NCBI RefSeq assembly: GCF_039939415.1
Contig: NZ_JBDVJE010000071.1
Span: 6,182-70,181, forward strand
Source: Polaribacter sp.
GTDB taxonomy: Bacteria; Bacteroidota; Bacteroidia; Flavobacteriales; Flavobacteriaceae
DNA length: 64,000 nt
Reading direction: 5' to 3'
The number at the start of each line of letters is the position of its first letter. The first letter of the stretch is position 1. Shown here one piece after another: positions 9,765-19,278 of the stretch. Both the position numbers and the translations under genes were made by a program. The notes below the pieces were generated by a model that was given only the letters and a program-made list of their open reading frames with translations, had not been told where the DNA came from and did not search any database.

Positions 9765-10631
9765 ATGATTCAATCTATGACTGGTTATGGTAAATCAGTA
9801 TTACAATTACCTACAAAAAAAGTAACCATAGAAATTAAATCTTTAAACAGTAAAAACCTAGATTTAAACGTTAGAATTCCTTCTTATTATAAAGAGAAAG
9901 AATTATCTGTACGTAAAAAATTAGCAAGCTCTTTAGTTCGTGGTAAGGTAGATTTTTCTGTTTTTGTAGAAATGACTGCAGATGAAACTTCTACAACAGT
10001 AAATCATGGTGTTGTAAAAGAATATATGCAACAACTTAGAAATGTAGTTCAAACTGGTTCTTCTGATGATGTTGAGTTATTAAAAATGGCTGTTAGAATG
10101 CCAGATGCATTAAAAACTGAACGCGAAGAATTAGATGAAAATGAATGGAATCTTATCAACGAAAATATTGATGTAGCTATTAAAGAAATTGTACAATATA
10201 GAATTGATGAAGCTGCTTCTTTAGAAGTAGATTTTAAAGAAAGGATTGCCAATATCAAAAAATATTTAGAAGAAGTAAAAGCTTTAGATAGTGATAGAGT
10301 AGAAAACGTAAAAGCACGTTTAAAGAAAGCGATTGATGATTTAAAAGTTGATACCGATGAAAATCGTTTTGAACAAGAATTAATCTATTATCTAGAAAAA
10401 TTAGATATTAATGAAGAAAAAGTGCGTTTAGCAAACCATTTAGATTACTTTTTAGAAACATTGGCAACACCAGATTCTAATGGTAAAAAATTAGGTTTTG
10501 TAATTCAAGAAATGGGTAGGGAGATAAACACTACTGGTTCTAAGGCAAATTTTGCACCAATGCAAAAAGCAGTTATTCAAATGAAAAATGAATTAGAACA
10601 AATTAAAGAACAAATTTTAAACGTACTATAA
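9765..10631 (+). CDS. yicC: YicC/YloC endoribonuclease family
   Basis: MIQSMTGYG, EKLDINEE, QEMGREINTTGSKAN. Confidence 0.95.
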   Translation: MIQSMTGYGKSVLQLPTKKVTIEIKSLNSKNLDLNVRIPSYYKEKELSVRKKLASSLVRGKVDFSVFVEMTADETSTTVNHGVVKEYMQQLRNVVQTGSSDDVELLKMAVRMPDALKTEREELDENEWNLINENIDVAIKEIVQYRIDEAASLEVDFKERIANIKKYLEEVKALDSDRVENVKARLKKAIDDLKVDTDENRFEQELIYYLEKLDINEEKVRLANHLDYFLETLATPDSNGKKLGFVIQEMGREINTTGSKANFAPMQKAVIQMKNELEQIKEQILNVL

Positions 10632-11219
10632 ATGTCTGATTTTAACGGTAAACTATTCGTCTTTTCTGCACCTTCTGGTTCTGGTAAAACTACAATTGTT
10701 CGTCATTTATTAAAACAAGAAAAATTTAATTTAGAATTTTCTATTTCTTGTGCCTCTAGAGACGCAAGAGGAACTGAAAAAAATGGTGAAGATTATTACT
10801 TTATAACTTTAGACGACTTTAAAAGTAAAATTAAAAACGATGAATTTTTAGAGTGGGAAGAAGTATATAGAGATAACTTTTACGGAACTTTAAAAAGTGA
10901 GGTAGAACGCATTTGGGCTTTAAAAAAACATGTTATTTTTGATATTGATGTTGTTGGAGGGTTAAGAATTAAACATAAATTTCCAGAACAAACATTATCT
11001 GTTTTTGTTAAACCACCAAGTGTAGATGAATTAAAAATTCGTTTAAAAAAACGCTCTACAGAAAGTGAAGACAAAATAAACATGCGTATTGCTAAAGCTT
11101 CTGTAGAATTAGCAACAGCACCACAATTTGATAAAATCATAAAAAATTACAAATTAGACATTGCACTTAAAGAAGCAGAAAATTTAGTAAGTGATTTTTT
11201 AGGATTAGATAAAACATAA
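10632..11219 (+). CDS. gmk: Guanylate kinase
   Basis: SAPSGSGKTT, FLEWEEVY, YGTL. Confidence 0.96.
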   Translation: MSDFNGKLFVFSAPSGSGKTTIVRHLLKQEKFNLEFSISCASRDARGTEKNGEDYYFITLDDFKSKIKNDEFLEWEEVYRDNFYGTLKSEVERIWALKKHVIFDIDVVGGLRIKHKFPEQTLSVFVKPPSVDELKIRLKKRSTESEDKINMRIAKASVELATAPQFDKIIKNYKLDIALKEAENLVSDFLGLDKT

Positions 11220-11221
11220 AA

Positions 11222-11803
11222 ATGAAAGTAGGTTTATATTTTGGAACCTTCAACCCTATTCATATTGGGCATTTAATTATAGCCAATCATATGGTAGAAA
11301 ATTCAGATTTAGACGAAATCTGGATGGTTGTTACACCTCATAATCCGTTTAAAAAGAAAAGTTCTTTGTTAGATAATCATCATCGTTTTGAAATGGTGTA
11401 TAAAGCAACAGAAAATTATTCTAAAATAAAACCTTCTGATATTGAGTTTAAATTACCTCAACCCAATTATACCGTATATACATTAGCAAAAATTTCTGAA
11501 ATGTATCCAGACAAAGAATTTTGCTTAATAATGGGTGAAGACAATCTTAAAAGTTTACATAAATGGAAAAATTATGAAACTATTTTAGAACATTATCATA
11601 TTTATGTATACCCAAGAATTGCAGATGGCAATGTAGATCATCAATTTAAAAATCATAAAAAAATCCATAAAGTTGATGCACCTATCGTGCAAATTTCATC
11701 AACAATGATTAGAAACGGTATTAAAAACAAAAAAAACATACAACCTCTCTTATCTAAAGACGTTTGGAATTATGTAGATGAAATGAATTTTTATAGAAAA
11801 TAA
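11222..11803 (+). CDS. nadD: Nicotinate-nucleotide adenylyltransferase
   Basis: GTFNPIHIGH, IMGED, ISSTMIR. Confidence 0.96.
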   Translation: MKVGLYFGTFNPIHIGHLIIANHMVENSDLDEIWMVVTPHNPFKKKSSLLDNHHRFEMVYKATENYSKIKPSDIEFKLPQPNYTVYTLAKISEMYPDKEFCLIMGEDNLKSLHKWKNYETILEHYHIYVYPRIADGNVDHQFKNHKKIHKVDAPIVQISSTMIRNGIKNKKNIQPLLSKDVWNYVDEMNFYRK

Positions 11804-11852
11804 TTTCACCTAAAATTCGTTGTATATTTGTTATCACATCAAATAAATTTTA

Positions 11853-12719
11853 GTGGCTAAAAAAGATAAAAAAAGTGGAAAATTAAAACAAAAACTAACT
11901 GACAAATATAGGTTGGTGGTTTTAAATGAAAATACTTTTGAAGAGCGTTTTTCATTAAAACTATCTCGCTTAAATGTATTTGTTTTAGGAGGTGTTTTTT
12001 CAATCTTATTAGTGGCTGCAACAACCGTTTTAATTGCATTTACACCAATTAAAGAATATATTCCTGGTTATTCGTCTACTGCATTAAAGAAAAAAGCTGC
12101 AAAATTAACTTTTGAAGCAGATTCTTTAAAAATAAAATTAGCAGTTTTAGAAAATTATACAAAAGCTTTAAAACCCGTTTTAACAGGTGAAATTGAACCA
12201 GAAAGTATAGACTCTATTCAAACAGAAGTAAGACAGCGTTTGATAGACGAAAGTAAATTAAATGCAACTAAAGAAGACTCTCTATTTAGAGAAAAAGTAG
12301 AAACTGAAACTCGATTTTCTATACAAAACAATGCAGAAAGCTCTGTTAAAATTGTTTTTTTTGCTCCTTTAAACGGTAACATTTCTCAAGATTTTGATGC
12401 TACCTCTAAACACTTTGCTGTAGACATTACAGCAAAAACAGGAGACCCAATTAAGGCTACGGCAGACGGAACCGTAATTTTTTCTGGATGGACAACAGAA
12501 ACAGGTTATGTTATTATTTTAAAACATGCTAAAGAATATATATCTGTATACAAACACAATGGAAATTTACTAAAAGAACAAGGAGATTTTGTAAAATCTG
12601 GTGAAGTAATTGCTACAGTAGGTTCTACAGGAGAATTAACAACAGGGCCACATTTACATTTCGAACTTTGGAATGGTGGTTACACTGTAAACCCAACTAA
12701 TTTTATAGATTTTAAATAA
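11853..12719 (+). CDS. M23 family metallopeptidase
   Basis: HFAVD, YKHN, GPHLHFELW. Confidence 0.9.
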   Translation: MAKKDKKSGKLKQKLTDKYRLVVLNENTFEERFSLKLSRLNVFVLGGVFSILLVAATTVLIAFTPIKEYIPGYSSTALKKKAAKLTFEADSLKIKLAVLENYTKALKPVLTGEIEPESIDSIQTEVRQRLIDESKLNATKEDSLFREKVETETRFSIQNNAESSVKIVFFAPLNGNISQDFDATSKHFAVDITAKTGDPIKATADGTVIFSGWTTETGYVIILKHAKEYISVYKHNGNLLKEQGDFVKSGEVIATVGSTGELTTGPHLHFELWNGGYTVNPTNFIDFK

Positions 12720-14218
12720 TGAGTATCAAATCTACTTTTGCAATTCCGTTTGCTAAAATTGCGACAAAAAAAGTATATAAGTGGGCTAATAATCCGCATA
12801 AAACACAAGAAAAGGTTTTTAAAAATTTAATTTCTAAAGGAAGTAAAACAGCTTTTGGAAAAGATCATAATTTTGATAAAATTTCGAATTATGAAGATTT
12901 TAAAAAACAAGTAAAAGTTACAGATTACGAAGGTTTAAGAAAATATGTAGATAGAATTATAGCAGGAGAATCTGATGTTCTTTGGACAGGAAAACCATTG
13001 TATTTTGCAAAAACCTCAGGCACAACTTCTGGCGCAAAATATATACCAATTACCAAAGACTCAATGCCTACACATATTAAAGCAGCAAAAAATGCAATGT
13101 TGTTTTATATTGTTGAAAAAAATGATGCAAGTTTTGTAAACGGAAAAATGATTTTCTTACAAGGAAGCCCTATTTTACAAGATAAAAACGGTGTGAAATT
13201 GGGAAGATTAAGTGGTATTGCAGCACATTATGTTCCTAATTATTTACTTAAAAATCGTTTACCAAGTTGGGAAACTAATTGTATAGAAGATTGGGATACT
13301 AAAGTAAATGCAATTGTAGAAGAAACTGTAAATGAAGATATGTCTGTAATTAGCGGCATTCCTTCTTGGGTACAAATGTATTTTGAAAAATTAATTGAGA
13401 AAACAGGAAAATCTGTTTCAGAATTGTTCCCAAATTTTAATTTCTTTATTTATGGAGGTGTAAATTTTGAACCTTATAAAAATAAGTTCGAAAGTTTAAT
13501 TGGTAAAAAAATAGATTACATCGAATTGTATCCTGCATCAGAAGGCTTTATTGCCTATCAAGATTCTCAAACTGAAAAAGGAATGTTGCTACAATTAGAT
13601 TCAGGAATTTTCTATGAATTTATTCCTGCAACTGAATTTTTTGATGAAAACCCAACAAGAATTTCTTTAAAAGATGTAAAAACTGGTATTAATTATGTTA
13701 TCATATTAAATACAACTGCTGGTCTTTGGGGTTATAATATTGGTGATACTGTAGAATTTACATCAATAAAACCTTATAGAATTAAAGTTACAGGACGCAT
13801 AAAACACTTTATATCCGCCTTTGGCGAACATGTTATTGGGAAAGAAGTAGAAAAAGCGTTGAATGATTCTATTTTAGGAACACCAATAAATATTAGTGAA
13901 TTTACTGTAGCTCCTCAAGTAAATCCAAAAAGTGGTTTGCCTTATCATGAATGGTTTATAGAATTTGAAAATGAACCAGAAAATTTAGAAGACTTTGCAA
14001 CAAAAGTAGATGCTTCTATGCAAGCACAAAATATTTATTATTTAGATTTAATTGAAGGTAAGGTTCTTAGACCTCTAATAATTAAAAAAGTTAAAAAAGG
14101 TGGTTTTCATGAATATATGAAATCTATTGGTAAATTTGGGGGACAAAATAAGATTCCGCAATTATCTGATAACAGAAAAATTGCAGATGTTTTACAGAAT
14201 TTTTTAGTTGAAGAATAA
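12719..14218 (+). CDS. GH3 auxin-responsive promoter family acyl-adenylate enzyme
   Basis: AKTSGTTSG, YPASEG, YNIGDTV. Confidence 0.9.
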   Translation: MSIKSTFAIPFAKIATKKVYKWANNPHKTQEKVFKNLISKGSKTAFGKDHNFDKISNYEDFKKQVKVTDYEGLRKYVDRIIAGESDVLWTGKPLYFAKTSGTTSGAKYIPITKDSMPTHIKAAKNAMLFYIVEKNDASFVNGKMIFLQGSPILQDKNGVKLGRLSGIAAHYVPNYLLKNRLPSWETNCIEDWDTKVNAIVEETVNEDMSVISGIPSWVQMYFEKLIEKTGKSVSELFPNFNFFIYGGVNFEPYKNKFESLIGKKIDYIELYPASEGFIAYQDSQTEKGMLLQLDSGIFYEFIPATEFFDENPTRISLKDVKTGINYVIILNTTAGLWGYNIGDTVEFTSIKPYRIKVTGRIKHFISAFGEHVIGKEVEKALNDSILGTPINISEFTVAPQVNPKSGLPYHEWFIEFENEPENLEDFATKVDASMQAQNIYYLDLIEGKVLRPLIIKKVKKGGFHEYMKSIGKFGGQNKIPQLSDNRKIADVLQNFLVEE

Positions 14219-14233
14219 CAAAAAAGAAACAAA

Positions 14234-14317
14234 ATGGGAGGAGATTTTTTATTTATAGGATTAGCAATAGCATTAGTTATTGTATATTTTTACAACAAAT
14301 ATAGAAACAGACGTTAA
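14234..14317 (+). CDS. Small single-TM protein (27 aa), not in ORF track
   Basis: MGGDFLFIGLAIALVIVYFYNKYRNRR*; A-rich upstream; stop overlaps queD start (TAATG). Confidence 0.6.
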   Translation: MGGDFLFIGLAIALVIVYFYNKYRNRR

Positions 14318-14766
14318 TGAGCACGATAAGAATTACAAAACAGTTTAACTTTGAAACAGGTCATGCACTTTATGGTTATGATGGTAAGTGTAAAAATGTT
14401 CACGGACATTCTTATAAACTTTCTGTAACTGTTTCTGGAAAACCTATTGCTGATAAAACCAACGTAAAATTTGGAATGGTTATAGATTTTGGAGATTTAA
14501 AAAAGATTGTAAACGAAGAAATTGTTGATGTTTTTGACCATGCCACTGTGTTTAATAAAAACACACCTCATGTTGAGTTAGCTAAAGAATTAATTGATAG
14601 AGGTCATCATGTTATTTTAGTAGATTATCAACCAACAAGTGAAATGATGGTAATTGACTTTGCTGAAAAAATTAAAAACAGATTGCCCAAAAACATTAAA
14701 TTACATTCTATAAAATTAAAAGAAACTGACTCTAGTTTTGCAGAATGGTATGCAAGTGAAAATTAG
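14317..14766 (+). CDS. queD: 6-carboxytetrahydropterin synthase
   Basis: FETGHAL, CKNVHGHSY, VIDFGDLK, FDH. Confidence 0.92.
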   Translation: MSTIRITKQFNFETGHALYGYDGKCKNVHGHSYKLSVTVSGKPIADKTNVKFGMVIDFGDLKKIVNEEIVDVFDHATVFNKNTPHVELAKELIDRGHHVILVDYQPTSEMMVIDFAEKIKNRLPKNIKLHSIKLKETDSSFAEWYASEN

Positions 14767-14829
14767 TTTTTTATAACTTTAAACAATATCAACTATAATT
14801 ATAAGTTATATTTGAAAAAAATAAACATT

Positions 14830-15369
14830 ATGAAAATCTTAAAATTTATTTTAACTCTACTTATTTCTGTTTCTATTACTAGCTGTAGTAGTGATGAAAG
14901 TACACCTCCATTTGACCTAACTTCTTCTAATTTTGCAGGTTCTTATGATATAAATAGTATTACTTATAAAGAAGTAGAAACAATTACTTCTAGCTCAGGA
15001 AACTCAAGTATTGTTTTAACTACAATTAATGGTGTTGCAGATTCTTTTGATGATATTAGTTTTGTTATAAATGCAAACGGAACGTTTACTGCTTCAGGAA
15101 AATATAGAAATGTAATTACAGAAAAACCTAATACTGGTAGTACAATTACAGATAATGAAATTATAGTTTTTAATGCATCTGGTACTTACCAATTAAATAC
15201 AATAGATAACACAATAACTTTTAATCAACAAAGTGGTGATTTTATTGATGGAGTTTTTAGTATTAAATCTTTTAAAGAAACTGGTGTTACTATAGAACAA
15301 GAAATAATTGAAACAGATGGCAATTCTACTTTAACTTTTAATGGCTCTATTGGCTTAATTAGAAAATAG
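14830..15369 (+). CDS. Lipoprotein, lipocalin-like beta fold possible; probable start 14830
   Basis: Lipobox ITSC followed by S/T-rich beta-strand pattern. Confidence 0.7.
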   Translation: MKILKFILTLLISVSITSCSSDESTPPFDLTSSNFAGSYDINSITYKEVETITSSSGNSSIVLTTINGVADSFDDISFVINANGTFTASGKYRNVITEKPNTGSTITDNEIIVFNASGTYQLNTIDNTITFNQQSGDFIDGVFSIKSFKETGVTIEQEIIETDGNSTLTFNGSIGLIRK

Positions 15370-15389
15370 AATTCAAATAAAACTTATTT

Positions 15390-15420
15390 AAAAGCTATCT
15401 ATATATTAGGTAGCTTTTTT
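15390..15420. terminator. Bidirectional terminator
   Basis: AAAAGCTATCT...AGGTAGCTTTTT. Confidence 0.75.
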
Positions 15421-15428
15421 ATTTCCAT

Positions 15429-16058
15429 TTATTTTCCGTTAAAAGTATTCATTGTATTTGCCAATCCTGCAGTACCAAAAGAAATAATTGCTTTTGCAGA
15501 TGTAGGCAAACGCTCTATTAATAAACTAGTTTCTTCTTTAGTCCATTCTCCTAAAACAAAATCTACTTGCCTACCTCTAGAATAATTTCCTCCAACACCA
15601 AACCTAAAACGAGTATACTTTTGAGTATTTAATTTAGCTTCAATATCTTTTAATCCATTGTGGCCACCAGCAGAACCTTTTGCTTTTATACGAATGGTAC
15701 CAAAATCAATATTAACATCATCTGTTACAATTAAAATATTTTCTATAGAAATTTTTTCTTTATCCATCCAATATTTTACTGCTTTTCCGCTTAAATTCAT
15801 AAACGTACTTGGTTTTAAAAGTATAAAAGTTCTTCCCTTAAATCTGAAAGTTGCAACATCACCTAATTTTTCAGTTTCAAAAGAAACGCTGTGCTCTTCA
15901 GCAACTTCATCAACAATTTTAAAACCAATATTATGACGTGTATTGGTATATTTATTACCAATATTTCCTAAACCAACAATTAAAAATTTCTTCATTAATT
16001 CTTCTTTACTTTCAACTTTTATACCCAATAATTTAGAAAAAAAGCTTATTAAATTCAT
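15429..16058 (-). CDS. pth: Peptidyl-tRNA hydrolase
   Basis: LIVGLGN, TRHNIGF, KPSTFMNLSG, GGHNGLK. Confidence 0.97.
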   Translation of the reverse strand: MNLISFFSKLLGIKVESKEELMKKFLIVGLGNIGNKYTNTRHNIGFKIVDEVAEEHSVSFETEKLGDVATFRFKGRTFILLKPSTFMNLSGKAVKYWMDKEKISIENILIVTDDVNIDFGTIRIKAKGSAGGHNGLKDIEAKLNTQKYTRFRFGVGGNYSRGRQVDFVLGEWTKEETSLLIERLPTSAKAIISFGTAGLANTMNTFNGK

Positions 16059-16101
16059 CTAGCAAAAATACTATAAGTTCTCTAAATAAATTAAAGACAA
16101 T

Positions 16102-16134
16102 AAAAAAAGCGTTACTATAAGTAACGCTTTTTTT
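16102..16134 (-). terminator. Intrinsic terminator after rplY
   Basis: A7-GCGTTAT/GCGTTACT-ATA-AGTAACGC-T7 perfect stem. Confidence 0.85.
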
Positions 16135-16152
16135 ATATTATGCTTGCAAAAT

Positions 16153-16749
16153 TTATTCTGCTGCTGTTTCTGTTGCTTCTTCTTCTTCTTCTTCAGATAC
16201 AGTTGCGTTACGAGAAGTTCTAACTTGTACAACTACTGTATTATCTGGATGCATAAAAGTAAAATCTTCGTTTTTTAAAGATGATAAAACTAATTTACTT
16301 CCAATTTTTAATCCAGAAATATCTGCAGATATAAAATCTGGTAAATTAGCTGGTATTGCTTTTACTTTTAATTTACGATTTGTAAAACGTAAAGACCCAC
16401 CATTTAATACACCAGGAGAAGTACCTGTTAATTTTACAGGGATATTCATTGTAACTTCTTTATCATCAAATAATTGATAAAAATCTACGTGTAAAATTTT
16501 ATCTGTTACTGGGTGAAACTGAATGTCTTGTAAAATTGCTGGTATTTTTTGTCCATCAACATCAATACTTGCTGTATAAACGTTTGGAGTAAATACCAAG
16601 TTTTTAAACGCTTTTTCTTCTGCTGAAAAGTGTATTGGGTTTTCTCCTCCGTATATAACGCAAGGAACCATACCAGCATTACGTAAGGCTTTAGTTGCTA
16701 CTTTACCCACGCTTTCTCTTTTTGATCCTTTAATTGTAATTGATTTCAT
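16153..16749 (-). CDS. rplY: 50S ribosomal protein L25/Ctc
   Basis: [26 protein letters not shown]. Confidence 0.96.
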   Translation of the reverse strand: MKSITIKGSKRESVGKVATKALRNAGMVPCVIYGGENPIHFSAEEKAFKNLVFTPNVYTASIDVDGQKIPAILQDIQFHPVTDKILHVDFYQLFDDKEVTMNIPVKLTGTSPGVLNGGSLRFTNRKLKVKAIPANLPDFISADISGLKIGSKLVLSSLKNEDFTFMHPDNTVVVQVRTSRNATVSEEEEEEATETAAE

Positions 16750-16768
16750 TACTTTTTTTATTAATTAT

Positions 16769-17710
16769 TTACATTAAAAATTTTCCGCTAATTGAGGTAT
16801 TGTCTTGTACTTTATGCATAACATCCGCAAATAACGGCGCGCAAGATACTACTTTTATTTTAGATGTAGCCTTTTTTAAAGGAATTGTGTCTGAAACAAT
16901 TAACTCTGTTAAACCTGAGTTTTCAATTTTTTCATATGCTCCTCCAGAAAGTATAGGATGTGTACAAATTGCACGTACACTTAAAGCACCTCTTTCCATC
17001 ATTAAATTTGCTGCATGTGCTAAAGTTCCTCCTGTATCAATCATATCATCAACTAAAATTACATTTTTTCCTTGAACATCTCCTATTAGCTCCATATGAC
17101 CAATAACATTTGCTTTTGTTCTTTGTTTATAACAAATAACAACATCAGAGTGCAGATGTTTAGAGTATGCATAAGCTCTTTTAGAACCTCCCATGTCTGG
17201 AGATGCAATTGTTAAGTTTTCTAATTGTAAACTCTCTATATATGGTAAAAATATAGTTGAAGCAAATAAATGATCTACTGGCTTTTCAAAAAATCCTTGA
17301 ATTTGATCTGCATGTAAATCCATGGTCATTATTCTTGTTGCACCAGCAGATTCTAAAAGTTTTGCAACTAATTTTGCTCCAATAGCAACTCTTGGTTGAT
17401 CTTTTCTATCTTGTCTTGCCCAACCAAAATAAGGCATTACAGCAGTAATATGTCTAGCAGAAGCTCTTTTTGCTGCATCACACATTAATAACATTTCCAT
17501 TAAATTATCTGCTGTTGGAAAAGTAGAACCTATTAAAAAGACTCTTCTTCCTCTTACAGATTCTTCAAAAGCTGGCTGAAATTCGCCATCGCTAAATGTT
17601 GTTGTTTTTACTTTTCCTAGTTCAGCTCCATATTCATTTGCAATTTTTTCTGCTAATACAGTACTTTGAGAGCATGCAAAAAGTTTAGGTGCTAGTTGAT
17701 TTGTAGGCAT
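16769..17710 (-). CDS. prs: Ribose-phosphate pyrophosphokinase
   Basis: FSDGE, MPYFGWARQDRK, VDDMIDTGGT. Confidence 0.97.
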   Translation of the reverse strand: MPTNQLAPKLFACSQSTVLAEKIANEYGAELGKVKTTTFSDGEFQPAFEESVRGRRVFLIGSTFPTADNLMEMLLMCDAAKRASARHITAVMPYFGWARQDRKDQPRVAIGAKLVAKLLESAGATRIMTMDLHADQIQGFFEKPVDHLFASTIFLPYIESLQLENLTIASPDMGGSKRAYAYSKHLHSDVVICYKQRTKANVIGHMELIGDVQGKNVILVDDMIDTGGTLAHAANLMMERGALSVRAICTHPILSGGAYEKIENSGLTELIVSDTIPLKKATSKIKVVSCAPLFADVMHKVQDNTSISGKFLM

Positions 17711-17834
17711 TTAGTTGTTTTTTTGTTATGTTGTTGAAAGTGTACAAAAGTAGATATTATTTATTTAGTTTGAAATTAATTTTTTGACTTTAAAATAAAA
17801 TAATTTAATACATTTGCAGTCCTATTAAATATTT

Positions 17835-17916
17835 GCTCAAGTGGCGGAATTGGTAGACGCGCTGGATTCAAAATCCAGTTCTTTCGGGAGTGTGGGTTCG
17901 ATTCCCACCTTGAGTA
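17835..17916 (+). tRNA. tRNA-Leu (CAA)
   Basis: Acceptor GCTCAAG/CTTGAGT, D-loop GGAATTGGTAGAC, anticodon arm CTGGA-TTCAAAA-TCCAG, long variable arm, GGTTCGATTCC; no encoded CCA. Confidence 0.97.
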
Positions 17917-17922
17917 CAAAGG

Positions 17923-17954
17923 AAAAACCTCAACTTTTATAGTTGAGGTTTTTT
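17923..17954. terminator. Bidirectional terminator after tRNA-Leu and SDR gene
   Basis: AAAAACCTCAACT...AGTTGAGGTTTTT. Confidence 0.85.
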
Positions 17955-18050
17955 ATTTCAAATAAATTAAGTGCTTTGTATTTCTTATAAAAAAATACTA
18001 TTTATACTTTAAGTTTACATTCTTAAATCTATTAATAGATACATTTATAT

Positions 18051-18851
18051 TTAAATATACTCTTCATTAGATGGCGTACCAATGGTTGCTAAAATACCTC
18101 CATCTACATATAAAATATGTCCATTAACAAAATCACTTGCTTTTGAAGCTAAAAATATAGCTGGACCAGATAAATCATTTGGGTTTCCCCATTTTTTAGC
18201 AGGAGTTCTATTGATTATAAAATCATTAAAAGGATGTCCATTAACCCTTATAGGTTCTGTTTGTAAAGTAGCAAAATAACCAGGTCCAATTCCATTTATT
18301 TGAATATTAAAACGTGCCCATTCTGTAGCCATGTTTTTCGTTAACATGACCAAACCACCTTTTGCTGCTGCATATGCTCCAACAGTATTTCTACCAAGTT
18401 CACTCATCATAGAGCAAATGTTAATGATTTTCCCTTCTTTTCTTTCTATCATTCCACGAACAACATATTTTGATACAATAAAAGGGCTTACCAAATCAAT
18501 ATCTATAACTTGTTTAAAATCTTCAACTTTCATGTCTACTAGAGGAGTTCTTTTAATAATTCCTGCATTGTTTACTAAAATATCAATAGCACCAACTTCA
18601 GTTTCAATTTTTTTTATGGCAGAAATTACTTGCTCTTCATCTGCAACGTTAAATTTATACCCAAAAGCTTTAATTCCTGCATTATTATATTCTTTAACAG
18701 CAATATTTATTTTTTCCTGTGATGAATTTCCATTCACAATAATAGTTGCGCCAGAATTCCCTAAGCCCATTGCCATAGACATACCCAAACCATGAGTAGA
18801 ACCAGTTACTAAAGCTATTTTTCCTTGAATATTAAATAATGATTGTGACAT
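18051..18851 (-). CDS. Gluconate 5-dehydrogenase / KduD-like SDR
   Basis: TGSTHGLG, NNAGIIKR, YAAAKGG, NGIGPGYFAT, LYVDGG. Confidence 0.88.
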   Translation of the reverse strand: MSQSLFNIQGKIALVTGSTHGLGMSMAMGLGNSGATIIVNGNSSQEKINIAVKEYNNAGIKAFGYKFNVADEEQVISAIKKIETEVGAIDILVNNAGIIKRTPLVDMKVEDFKQVIDIDLVSPFIVSKYVVRGMIERKEGKIINICSMMSELGRNTVGAYAAAKGGLVMLTKNMATEWARFNIQINGIGPGYFATLQTEPIRVNGHPFNDFIINRTPAKKWGNPNDLSGPAIFLASKASDFVNGHILYVDGGILATIGTPSNEEYI

Positions 18852-19207
18852 GTTTTTATAATAAATGATGTAAAACTACTATAATACTGATATTATTTCT
18901 TTAATAAAAGTTTAATTACTAATTATACTACATACTATTTTAAGGAGAAATTATTGTAAACTATTAGTTAAACAATAAATTTATAAAACATTATTATATA
19001 AGTACTTCATACTATTATAGGAAAGAAACTATATTAAGTTTTAAATTTTAATAATTAATTAGAAAAGGATTATAATAGATGTAAAATTTTGCTTCTTTTT
19101 TTTATTAAAAAATAATTATAATGTCAAATTCTTAAAAAAGCATATAAAAATTTAAAAGAATCATTCTTTTTTTTTAAGTTAAATATTTATTAATAAAAAT
19201 AAATACC

Positions 19208-19250
19208 TATCTTTGGCAAACCAGTTTGGTTAACCAGTTTGGCTGACCAA
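19208..19250 (+). promoter_or_regulatory. susC promoter -7 element plus triple 13-bp operator array
   Basis: TATCTTTG at 19208-19215; TTTGGCAAACCAG, TTTGGTTAACCAG, TTTGGCTGACCAA at 19212-19250. Confidence 0.7.
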
Positions 19251-19278
19251 TAAAATAATTAACTAAAATTCAAATTTT

